A stretch of 23,780 bases of DNA from positions 1 through 23,780 of the forward strand of contig CAVPJD010000029.1 in the NCBI GenBank assembly GCA_963705165.1, in the 5' to 3' direction. Both the position numbers and the translations under genes were made by a program. Within the stretch, counting starts at the first letter, position 1, and every line of letters begins with the position of its first letter. Origin of the DNA: an uncultured delta proteobacterium. GTDB taxonomy: Bacteria > Desulfobacterota > Syntrophia > Syntrophales > UBA2192. Below, piece by piece: positions 9,383 to 17,184 of this stretch. The notes beneath the pieces are model-generated. The model had not been told where the DNA came from. It did no database searches and saw nothing but the letters and a program-made list of their open reading frames with translations.

Positions 9383-9883
9383 ATGAAGAAGTGGATCGTG
9401 CTGTTTGTGATGTTTTCCCTGCTGATGCCCGCCGCCGCGGCAATGGCCGACGAGGCCCAGGTCAACCGTTATATCGAGATGATGCGTCAGGACATCCGGG
9501 ATCAGAAAGAGGCCATCATCCGGGAAGCCATTGTCTTCAAGGAGGGGGAAGGCGACAAGGCCGCCGCCTTCTGGAACACCTATCGTGACTATCAGAAAGA
9601 CCTGAAAAAGATCACCGACGTCCGAATCGCCATCATCAAGGACTACGCGGTCAGTTTCGACAAGATGACCGATGCGAAGGCCAAGGATCTCGCCAAGCGA
9701 GTCCTCGCAAATGACAAGGCCGCCCTCAAACTGAAGGAAACATACTACGGGAAGTTCATGAAGGTCTTGGGCGCCTCGGCCGCCAACCGGTTCTTCCAGG
9801 TCGAGAATACGCTCAACAGCATCATTCTGCTCCAGATCAACACGGAGCTGCCCCTGTTCCCCCAGCGGGTCCCTAAGAAGTAA
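9383..9883 (+). CDS. Hypothetical exported alpha-helical protein
   Basis: GGAGG RBS; Sec signal peptide ending AMA; charged helical body (FWNTYRDYQKDL). Confidence 0.8.
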   Translation: MKKWIVLFVMFSLLMPAAAAMADEAQVNRYIEMMRQDIRDQKEAIIREAIVFKEGEGDKAAAFWNTYRDYQKDLKKITDVRIAIIKDYAVSFDKMTDAKAKDLAKRVLANDKAALKLKETYYGKFMKVLGASAANRFFQVENTLNSIILLQINTELPLFPQRVPKK

Positions 9884-9901
9884 CTTGCGGCCTCGGGCCG
9901 C

Positions 9902-9929
9902 AGGGTTCAGGGTACCGGGTCCAGGGTTC
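9902..9929. repeat. Heptamer array, G-arm only (AGGGTTC-like x4)
   Basis: agggttc agggtac cgggtcc agggttc. Confidence 0.7.
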
Positions 9930-9936
9930 CGGCAAG

Positions 9937-9982
9937 AAAAACCCCCTTGATCCCCCAAGAGAGGGACGAAGGGGGTTTTTTT
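9937..9982 (+). terminator. Rho-independent terminator
   Basis: AAAAACCCCCTT...AAGGGGGTTTTTTT downstream of the 9383-9883 gene. Confidence 0.8.
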
Positions 9983-10287
9983 ATCCATTGCTTATCCGAG
10001 TGGCCTGCTCATCCGGTCCGGGTCGGGCCGAGAGCGCTTACTGATACTTTCGTATGATTTTTTCGCCCGACTGGATATGTCCAGCCTTCTTGAGTTCAAT
10101 AAGCCTTCCATTCAACAGTGATTGTCGGACTTATTAACACCCAGCCACTATTGCAACGAATATTAGATATTCCATTGAATTAATAACCTTTATCTCCCAG
10201 AAGGCTTCGTCTTTCATCAGGGCTACTGTCGCGGTTCTTTACGCCTTTGGGCTCGCGGCCGGGCCGTCATGGAAATAACATGAATTA

Positions 10288-10300
10288 TATCAATTAATTA
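10288..10300 (+). promoter_or_regulatory. IHF binding site
   Basis: TATCAA-TTAA-TTA matches WATCAA-N4-TTR exactly; in an AT-rich tract next to a sigma-54 motif. Confidence 0.55.
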
Positions 10301-10305
10301 CGCGA

Positions 10306-10321
10306 TGGTATGGTCATTGCT
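10306..10321 (+). promoter_or_regulatory. Sigma-54 (-24/-12) promoter
   Basis: TGGTATG-GTCA-TTGCT vs consensus TGGCACG-N4-TTGCW, with correct GG/GC spacing. Confidence 0.65.
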
Positions 10322-10377
10322 AATGCTATGAATCGGGAATGGTTCTCGTTCTGAACGTCGATACGGGTAAGTATGCA

Positions 10378-10620
10378 ATGAAGTTGAGAAAAGATGCCTT
10401 TCTGATAATCGTCGCGTTGATACTGGTTTTCTATGGCGCGGCAAACGCGATGCTCTATTACAGATACCGTGGATTTTATTACTTCGAGACGGATCTCTTC
10501 CTTGCCGTTTCTTCCGTATTCCTCTTGTTGCTCGTACTGGTCCTTCCCAGGAGTGTTTTGATCATGCTGGGCGGTGAGCGCGAGGAACCCGGCCACCCCT
10601 GCAATGAGCAGCCTCTGTAA
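10378..10620 (+). CDS. Small hypothetical membrane protein (2 TM, about 80 aa)
   Basis: Two hydrophobic stretches; downstream of the sigma-54 motif; start uncertain (10339 or 10378). Confidence 0.55.
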   Translation: MKLRKDAFLIIVALILVFYGAANAMLYYRYRGFYYFETDLFLAVSSVFLLLLVLVLPRSVLIMLGGEREEPGHPCNEQPL

Positions 10621-10759
10621 AGTCAAATCACAAGGATACAGTGTCCCCTTGGACGCCGCTTTCCCTCTTTCCATGAAAGACAGGCCCTGTTCTTGCCACG
10701 CACGTGCGGAGTAAGGGCGATATCGAAGCGCTTGTCCGCCCTGGCGGCTGCCCGGACAT

Positions 10760-11899
10760 TCACAGCTCAGAGCGAGACGCGCCCATTCGAAACTCCGTTT
10801 CCGCCTTGACCCCTCCGGTACGGTCTCCCGGCCGCACGTTTCGGACGGCATCGTAGACGGCGACAAGCCCCCGCGCCTCGTCGCAGGGCCCCGGCATGCG
10901 CCGCGCATAGGCCGCGCCGGCTTCGCCGAGTTCTCGCCGGAGTGTGGCGTCGTCGACGAGCCGAAGCGCTTTTTCGATGAAATCCGCCCGATCCGACGGT
11001 CCGAAGAGAAGCCCCATGGGCGGATCGCCCGGATCGCCGAGGACGGGCCAGCGGTTCCCCGGGATGTCCGGGGCCAGAAGCGGCTTGCCCGCCGCCCGAG
11101 CCTCGATGAGGACATTGGAGAGGCCCTCCGAGGCGGAACCGTTGAGGATCACATCCGCAGAGTGATAGGCCGCCCGCATGGCTGCGGGGTGGATCGGCGG
11201 GATCCATCGCGCAAAGACCCGCAGCCGCTCCGCCTCCCGGAAAAAACGTTCCGCATACGCCTCGTCGAGGGGCGGGCCTGCAAAGATGACTTTAGCCCGG
11301 GGCCGGAGTGCGTGGATGCGCTCGAATCCGAGCAGGCACTCCAGGTTCCCCTTCACCGGCCGGATCCCCGCGGGCATGAAGAAAATTACGTCTCCGGGAC
11401 TGAAACCACAGGAGGCCCTCAGGTCCAATGTCTCTTCGCCCAGCCAGACGAAAGACTTGGGGACGAAATGGACCCGGTCCATCCGACCGGGAACGATCTC
11501 GTGCAGCCTTTCCCTTCCCTCTTCGCTCTGGACGACGATCGCCTCGGCCCGGCTCAGGACGCTGCTGACCCTCTCTTTTCCGGAATCGACTTTCGATTCG
11601 ATGTTCATGTCCGTTCCCGAAGGGGACACGACAAACGGGAGCCGCCCCAGGCAGTCCGCCAGGGCACGATGGAGAAGGAGCCGGCCGGCACGATAGGCAT
11701 TGTGAACGTGGAGGAGATCCGGTTTGAAGCGATCGATTTCTCGCTTCAAATCACCCGCGTCGAGGCCTTCCGTGTCCAGAACCCGGACATCGAGCCCCAT
11801 GCCCACAAGCGAGCGGCGCCAGCGCTCGGCCGTCATGGCATTTCCCGTCACCGTGGGCAGGGCCGACGGCGTGAGGATCAACAGCCTGAAGGGGTTCAT
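10760..11899 (-). CDS. Family 4 (GT-B) glycosyltransferase, SenB/GLT1D1-like N-terminus
   Basis: TP..LPTVTGNAMTAERW; AGIRPVKG; SASEGLSNVLIEA (EX7E motif); ATGA overlap with the upstream gene. Confidence 0.88.
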   Translation of the reverse strand: MNPFRLLILTPSALPTVTGNAMTAERWRRSLVGMGLDVRVLDTEGLDAGDLKREIDRFKPDLLHVHNAYRAGRLLLHRALADCLGRLPFVVSPSGTDMNIESKVDSGKERVSSVLSRAEAIVVQSEEGRERLHEIVPGRMDRVHFVPKSFVWLGEETLDLRASCGFSPGDVIFFMPAGIRPVKGNLECLLGFERIHALRPRAKVIFAGPPLDEAYAERFFREAERLRVFARWIPPIHPAAMRAAYHSADVILNGSASEGLSNVLIEARAAGKPLLAPDIPGNRWPVLGDPGDPPMGLLFGPSDRADFIEKALRLVDDATLRRELGEAGAAYARRMPGPCDEARGLVAVYDAVRNVRPGDRTGGVKAETEFRMGASRSEL

Positions 11900-12756
11900 G
11901 AAAAAATCTCCCTGAAGGAAACCAATACCACCCCGGCCCTGTCGAGGGCAAGCCGGAAACGGGGATCCAGGAGGGCCTCCAGTTCCCGCTCGCGGTCCGG
12001 CGAAGAAAAGGAGGAGAAGGCTGAAAAGGGCCCCTCCGCCGGCACCCGGCCCGGGTGGACCATCAGCTCCGTGGTGCCCCCGGGAAGCGTTTCGAGGAGC
12101 TTCAGCAGCCCCTCCGTGTCGAGCCGGCCCTTGAGCGTGAGCCCCCGGAAATGATCGCTCGAAACGATCCCCATCCCGGCAAGGATCTTCCGGGCCTCCC
12201 GCCCCAGGGCACCGAACCGGCGCGCCTCCTCCAGCAAGTCCGTCCAGACGGCGTCGTGACCGGGGTCAACCGTCTCGTCGGGTATGCGCATGCGCCGGAT
12301 CCCGTGGCGTGTTGCGATTTCCGCCACGGTGCGCAGGGCCGAGGGAAAGACGTGGACGTGCTGGTGCCCGTCGATGTGCGTGATTGCGATTGCGGCATCG
12401 AGAAGACGCTCGATCTGCAAAGTGGCCTCCCTTGCAAGTTCGGTCTGAAAGGGCGCATCCCCCGTTTTCAAGAGCAGGCGGTGCGCAGCCGCCTTCCCGA
12501 GAAAATTCCCGTCGGGTCCCGTGAGGCATGACAGGCCTTCGGCCAGCGGCCTGCCCTCGGTGAGGTTCAGGTGGACCCCGAAGGAGATCTCTTCGAAGCC
12601 GCCCGATCGGATCTTTCCCAGGGCGTGCTCCAGGGCGGGCCCGTTCGGCAGGACGGTCGCGCTCGTCACGACACCCGCCCGGATCGCCTCGAAGATCCCT
12701 TCGTTGCGGGCCACGTCGGCGCCGAGATCATCGGCATTGATGATGAGCCTCTTCAC
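11896..12756 (-). CDS. ChbG/HpnK (YdjC) family carbohydrate deacetylase
   Basis: IINADDLG, GVHLNLTEG, HIDGHQHVH, ELMVHPG; GTG start overlaps the upstream TGA. Confidence 0.92.
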   Translation of the reverse strand: MKRLIINADDLGADVARNEGIFEAIRAGVVTSATVLPNGPALEHALGKIRSGGFEEISFGVHLNLTEGRPLAEGLSCLTGPDGNFLGKAAAHRLLLKTGDAPFQTELAREATLQIERLLDAAIAITHIDGHQHVHVFPSALRTVAEIATRHGIRRMRIPDETVDPGHDAVWTDLLEEARRFGALGREARKILAGMGIVSSDHFRGLTLKGRLDTEGLLKLLETLPGGTTELMVHPGRVPAEGPFSAFSSFSSPDRERELEALLDPRFRLALDRAGVVLVSFREIFS

Positions 12757-14414
12757 CTTGTCTTTACCCCTAAGGCCCGGATGAAGAGGTTGCGAAAGAC
12801 ATATTCCCCGCCGAAGGCTTCATGGAAATCGCATATGCCCCTGGCGCGCAACGCCTCGAGATACTCGAAGAGCCCCGCGTCGAGATCGTCGTATTCGCGC
12901 GGCGTGAACGGCCGCTGCGTTTCGCCCAGGACATCGACCTTCGCAAAACGCTCCCGGAGCCTCCGCATCACTTCTGGGACGTTGGCAATCGTGATGGCCA
13001 CCATCCAGAGCCTGCCCCGTTCCGGATCAAGGCGGGCCGGCGCCCCATCGACAACGGCCAAAAGGTGCTTCGCCCCGTCGGCGCCCCCGTAGCGCGGCCC
13101 GAAGGGCCTCGGCCCGGGCGTCTGGGGCGGCGTGGCGATGATCACGTCAAAGCGCTCTCCGTCTCTCACCGCTTCATACCAGGAGCCGGCTCGCACCTCG
13201 ATGCGATCCGAAAGCCCGTTGCGCTCTGCGTTTTTGACGGCGGCATCGAGGGCCTGTCCATCGAGGTCGACGGCCACGACGCGCCCGGCGCCGAGCTTTG
13301 CCGCGGCGATCGCCAGCAGCCCCGTGCCGCAGCCCAGTTCGAGGACCCGCTCTCCGGGACGGACGTCGAGGAGGCGGGCCAGTTCAATCGTCGAAGGCGG
13401 CGGCACGTGAACACCCGGCGGGATCCACAGGCCGACAGCCCCCGTCGGCAGTGTGATGCTTGCATCCTGCACCCCTGTGACCGACGCGGGCGGCCGTCGC
13501 TTTGCCGCCGAGGCAAGAATTCTCTCCAGCAGGACGGGAAAATCCATCCCGGCCCAGCGGGCCGAAAGAGTAAGAGCCTCCTCCGGTTCCATGCTCGGCG
13601 TCACGTTGGCCTCCATGACAAAGAAGGTCCCCCCGGGAGACAGGCGCACGTCGAAGCGGACATAATCGCGAAGCCCCAGAGCCCGAAAGGCGGCAAGCGA
13701 TAAGGCCTCCAGTTCCCGAAGCTCGCCCGGCGCAAGTTCGGCCCTGGCGGCATCACGGCTCCCCGGCTCGACGACCTGGAGTTTGAAGTCCTCCGTGAGC
13801 ACATCGTACGGCCCGTCGCCCTTTTTCCACTCCAGCGGAGGGAGCACCTCCAGCCCGCCGGGTCCGTCAACGACAGAGACGGCGAATTCGCGGCCCAGGA
13901 TGAACGTCTCAACCAGGATGGGCTGGGCGTGTCGCGAGAGGAGATCCGCCAGGCGTGCTGCCGCCTCGATCCTGTCCCGGGCCAAGACGAGCCCGCGACT
14001 CATGTGCTCGCAAGCGGGTTTGAGGATGCAGGGCAAGGCGAGCCAGTCCGGGAGAGGGTCGGTTGGCGATACGGCCACAATTCCCGGTGGCGTCGGGATT
14101 CCCGCAGCCCCGAGGCGGGTCTTTGCCGCTGCCTTGTCGTCGGCCAACGCACAGGCCCGCGCATCGGAGCCGACGACGGCGATCCCGTAGGCCTCGAGAA
14201 TGGATCGAACGAGGCAGCGGAAGCGGCCTCGCCCCCGGTAGGTATCCGTGTGTTCGATCACGATATCGCACCGGCGGGCCAGCTCCGATATGCGGAGCTC
14301 GATCTCTTCCGAATCCACCAGGAGGTACTCGTGGCCGAGTGAGGAGAGGCCATTGACGATGGCCTCGGCACACCGGCAGGGGGAGCTCGCCGTATGGATG
14401 ATGCCCACTCGCAT
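12753..14414 (-). CDS. D-Ala-D-Ala-ligase-like ATP-grasp enzyme fused to a class I SAM methyltransferase (HemK/PrmA-like)
   Basis: ATG 14414 after GGAG. ATP-grasp motifs: DDKAAAK..GIPTP, ILKP, ETFILGRE, RFDVRL, MEANVTP. Methyltransferase motifs: VLELGCGTG and DVIIATPPQ (NPPY-position variant). Confidence 0.87.
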   Translation of the reverse strand: MRVGIIHTASSPCRCAEAIVNGLSSLGHEYLLVDSEEIELRISELARRCDIVIEHTDTYRGRGRFRCLVRSILEAYGIAVVGSDARACALADDKAAAKTRLGAAGIPTPPGIVAVSPTDPLPDWLALPCILKPACEHMSRGLVLARDRIEAAARLADLLSRHAQPILVETFILGREFAVSVVDGPGGLEVLPPLEWKKGDGPYDVLTEDFKLQVVEPGSRDAARAELAPGELRELEALSLAAFRALGLRDYVRFDVRLSPGGTFFVMEANVTPSMEPEEALTLSARWAGMDFPVLLERILASAAKRRPPASVTGVQDASITLPTGAVGLWIPPGVHVPPPSTIELARLLDVRPGERVLELGCGTGLLAIAAAKLGAGRVVAVDLDGQALDAAVKNAERNGLSDRIEVRAGSWYEAVRDGERFDVIIATPPQTPGPRPFGPRYGGADGAKHLLAVVDGAPARLDPERGRLWMVAITIANVPEVMRRLRERFAKVDVLGETQRPFTPREYDDLDAGLFEYLEALRARGICDFHEAFGGEYVFRNLFIRALGVKTR

Positions 14415-14486
14415 GAGAACTCCAATGGACCGAAATAGTTGGTGTTTCAAGTTAAACGAAGAGATCCGGGAAGTCAATGGCACAAA

Positions 14487-14574
14487 CAGGGTTCAGGGGA
14501 CAGGGTTCAGGGTCCAGGCATGAGAAAAAAGACGGGTCCTTCCCTGTATCCTGTACCCTTTACCCTGTACCCTG
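14487..14574. repeat. Inverted heptamer arrays (CAGGGTT-like x4-5 ... CCCTGTA-like x4-5)
   Basis: G-arm 14487-14519 and C-arm 14542-14574, in a divergent intergenic region. Confidence 0.85.
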
Positions 14575-14671
14575 GTGCTTGGCACGAATCTTTCATATAC
14601 AATCAATCCAGGTTCGATTTCTCATGGAATGACAACCCCTTAGGGTCCCATTTTCAGGCTGGAGAGGCGGC

Positions 14672-15187
14672 ATGCAGGTACTTCAAGAAAACGGCGAGAT
14701 CATCAAGGCGCTCCGGAAAATCCCGAAGCTTCAAGCCTTCGACAGAAAGGATCTCCGCAAAATCCTCAACTGCAGCCAGATTCTGAAGTACGAGCCAGGC
14801 GAAACGATCACCCGGGAGGAGGAATCGGATCACCGGATCTATTTCATTGTCTCGGGAAAGGTCCGGGTCACCCGCAATGGGGTAGAGATGAAGCAGCTCT
14901 GCCGAACGGGCGATGTCTTCGGCGAGATGCGCCTCCTGTCCGTTTCCACCCGGACGTCTTCCGTCGAGGCCGTCGACGAGACGGTCTGCCTTGCCACGGA
15001 CGTCCCCGCCATGGAAAAACTCCGGAAAGAGGACCGTGTGGCTTTTGCAGCCATCTACTACATGGTCATGGCGGAGGTTCTCGCCCGCCGGCTCAAGGAG
15101 ACGAGCGATGAGCTGACGCGGGTCCGGGGCGAGCTCCAGCGGCTCAAGTCCTCCACCGGTCTGCACGATATCGTCGGCTCGGCATGA
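14672..15187 (+). CDS. Stand-alone cyclic nucleotide-binding domain protein
   Basis: GAGG RBS; YEPGETITREE, IYFIVSGKVRV, GDVFGEM...RTSSVEA; C-terminal helix, no HTH. Confidence 0.88.
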   Translation: MQVLQENGEIIKALRKIPKLQAFDRKDLRKILNCSQILKYEPGETITREEESDHRIYFIVSGKVRVTRNGVEMKQLCRTGDVFGEMRLLSVSTRTSSVEAVDETVCLATDVPAMEKLRKEDRVAFAAIYYMVMAEVLARRLKETSDELTRVRGELQRLKSSTGLHDIVGSA

Positions 15188-15199
15188 AGAATGGGGGAC

Positions 15200-15281
15200 T
15201 GGAATGCTGGAATGATGGAATATTGGTCCCGTTCCCGGCAGTCTTCTCCCCTCCCATTACTCCATTATTCCATTATTCCAT
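15200..15281. repeat. Inverted octamer arrays (TGGAATRN x3 ... TCCATTAY-like x3)
   Basis: tggaatgc tggaatga tggaatat tgg ... cccattac tccattat tccattat tcca. Confidence 0.8.
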
Positions 15282-15437
15282 AAATCCCTCCGGCAGAAGG
15301 CTGCACCGTCTCGATATGCTCCGCCGATCATCTGCGAATCGGGTTTGTATTCACCTTGAATGTCTGGTAAAAGGGAGCACTTTCGGAACGGGCCAGACGG
15401 CGGCAGCAGCACCTTTCCCCGGAGACACGCCAAGACC

Positions 15438-16142
15438 ATGAAACGCCACTACATCCTCGGTGCACTTGCCCTGATCACCTTCTTCGGCGTCGGAACCTGG
15501 CTTTTCTTCCATTACGATCTGCACGTCTTTTTCTCCGACCGCGAACGTGCGGTCGAGATGATTACCTCGTACGATCCTTACGACGAGATCATTTTCATCG
15601 CCCTGCAGATCCTGCAGGTGGTCTTCGCACCGATCCCCGGCGAGGCAAGCGGTTTCATCGGCGGCTATCTCTACGGCCCCATCCTGGGAACCGTCTACTC
15701 GACAATCGGGCTCACCATCGGGTCCTGGATTGCCTTTCTGCTCGCCCACGTCTTCGGACTGCCCCTGGTGGAGCGGATCGTCAGTCCGGAGACCCTTCGC
15801 AAATACGACTACGTCCTGGAACACAAAGGGGTCTTCATCGCTTTCTTCCTTTTTTTGATCCCGGGGATCCCAAAGGATTTCCTCTGCTACATCCTGGGCC
15901 TGTCCCACATGCGTCTCTGGACCTTCCTCATCATCTCGACGGTGGGACGTCTCTTCGGCACCATCATGCTCTCCGCTTTCGGGAGCTTTGCCCGAAACAA
16001 CCAGTTCATCCCTCTCGTCGCCCTGCTCGTCATCACGGGGCTGTTCCTGATCGGCGCCTATTTCTACCGGGAGAAATGGCTGGCAAAGCTCAGGGAAAAA
16101 GCAACCAAATACGATGGCGGGCCGCCGGTGTCGGGAGCGTGA
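15438..16142 (+). CDS. TVP38/TMEM64 (VTT/DedA superfamily) membrane protein
   Basis: LQVVFAPIPGE, GGYLYG, FLIPGIPKDFLCYILGLS motifs; multiple TM segments. Confidence 0.9.
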   Translation: MKRHYILGALALITFFGVGTWLFFHYDLHVFFSDRERAVEMITSYDPYDEIIFIALQILQVVFAPIPGEASGFIGGYLYGPILGTVYSTIGLTIGSWIAFLLAHVFGLPLVERIVSPETLRKYDYVLEHKGVFIAFFLFLIPGIPKDFLCYILGLSHMRLWTFLIISTVGRLFGTIMLSAFGSFARNNQFIPLVALLVITGLFLIGAYFYREKWLAKLREKATKYDGGPPVSGA

Positions 16143-16148
16143 ACAGAT

Positions 16149-16295
16149 AGGGTTCAGGGTTCAGGGTCAAGGGTCCAGGGAAAATATAAAACAAAAAAAG
16201 GACCGGTGCGTTATCAGCCCGGTCCTTTTGTGCTTCATCCTTATTGTAACTGTAACCCTCCCCCCTTTACCCTTTACCCTTTACCCTTTACCCTA
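16149..16295. repeat. Inverted heptamer arrays (AGGGTTC-like x4-5 ... CCCTTTA x4) enclosing a terminator
   Basis: G-arm 16149-16180, C-arm 16263-16295. Confidence 0.85.
16195..16229. terminator. Bidirectional intrinsic terminator between convergent genes
   Basis: AAAAGGACCGG-loop-CCGGTCCTTTT. Confidence 0.8.
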
Positions 16296-16299
16296 TCTT

Positions 16300-16962
16300 C
16301 TACCGGTACTGCGTAAAGCTGAAGGGGTCGGCCACCTTTCGGAGGCTCTCGTCGATCTCGCTGTAGCTCGCCAGGTAAAACTCGATCGTTTTCCCCGAAG
16401 GAACGGTCTTCTGGAGCTCCTCCATGATCTGGGTCGAAGGCTCGGCCAGGACGAGCTTGATGGCCTTCGCGCTGTTTTCCAGGACGATGATCTTGCGCTC
16501 CATGGCGTAACGCTCGCCGATGACTTTCTGGAGCTGGGGGTTGGGCTGGTAGTCCTTCATGGTCAGGATGGGCATGTTGAAGTGCTTCGAAAGGGCCGTC
16601 AGGTAGCCGCGGCTGTTGATATAGCCCATCTCGATGAGAAGCAGCCCCAGGGGTCTTGTGTGACCCCACTTCTCCTGGATCTTCTTCTGCTTTAACAGGG
16701 CTTCCTCGAGCTGCTCGCGGGTGATCAGTTTCTGATCGACGAGAATCTCGCCAATGCTCTTGCGCTTGTTGAAGTAGTAAAGGGCATGGTTGATCTTTTC
16801 CTGAGGGACGCCGATCTCGAACAGGATCTCACCGAGGTACTTGCCGGGCTGTTCGGCCTTGATCGTCAACGCCTGGTCCAGCTGTTCCTGCCTGATGATC
16901 CCTTTCTCGACAAGGATCTGTCCCAGGGTCTTAACGCCACCCGACTTTGATTTGATCTCCAT
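16300..16962 (-). CDS. Stand-alone tandem MshEN / T2SSE_N domain protein (putative c-di-GMP receptor)
   Basis: ATG 16962 after GAGG; four LGxxL motif repeats (TLGQILVEKGII, YLGEILFEIG, SIGEILVDQKLI, PLGLLLIEMGYI); no Walker A. Confidence 0.8.
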   Translation of the reverse strand: MEIKSKSGGVKTLGQILVEKGIIRQEQLDQALTIKAEQPGKYLGEILFEIGVPQEKINHALYYFNKRKSIGEILVDQKLITREQLEEALLKQKKIQEKWGHTRPLGLLLIEMGYINSRGYLTALSKHFNMPILTMKDYQPNPQLQKVIGERYAMERKIIVLENSAKAIKLVLAEPSTQIMEELQKTVPSGKTIEFYLASYSEIDESLRKVADPFSFTQYR

Positions 16963-17034
16963 CCCCGCCTCTCGTTGCTTCGTTGCCCATTCCGTTGAAG
17001 GGATGCGCGAATGGACCGCGCCAATTTGTTTTGG

Positions 17035-17050
17035 AGCAAGTTCCATGCCA
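17035..17050 (-). promoter_or_regulatory. Sigma-54 (-24/-12) promoter
   Basis: Minus strand TGGCATG-GAAC-TTGCT, about 70 nt upstream of ATG 16962. Confidence 0.75.
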
Positions 17051-17109
17051 CGCTTAACAGGGCCCCTGGCTTGACTTGCGGCAGCGGGTATGAGAGCATC
17101 CTGCACTCA

Positions 17110-17141
17110 AGGGTTCAGGGCACAGGGTATAGGGTTCAGGG
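17110..17141. repeat. Heptamer array, G-arm only
   Basis: agggttc agggcac agggtat agggttc aggg. Confidence 0.75.
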
Positions 17142-17184
17142 AGGAAAAAGCAGGAAGCTCGCGCATTGAACCTTATCAAGAACC

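Noticed and set aside
7667..9988. 773-aa minus-strand ORF
   Set aside because: Antisense shadow of mscS and the 9383-9883 gene
10200..10270. Possible riboswitch or ribozyme on the minus strand (partial c-di-GMP-I/fluoride/hammerhead-like words such as CTGATGA)
   Set aside because: Required partner motifs and stems not found by eye; an Rfam/Infernal scan would be decisive
12753..14414. Calling this gene ddl or prmA
   Set aside because: It lacks Ddl N-terminal signature motifs and the PrmA substrate-binding domain; only fold-level assignment is supported
14580..14595. Sigma-54-like TGGCACG-AATC-TTTCA upstream of the cNMP-binding gene
   Set aside because: Perfect -24 element, but the -12 element lacks the near-invariant G (TTTC instead of TTGC); possible but unsupported
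15184..15441. Short ORFs between the cNMP and TVP38 genes
   Set aside because: Largely translations of the octamer repeats; no coding signature
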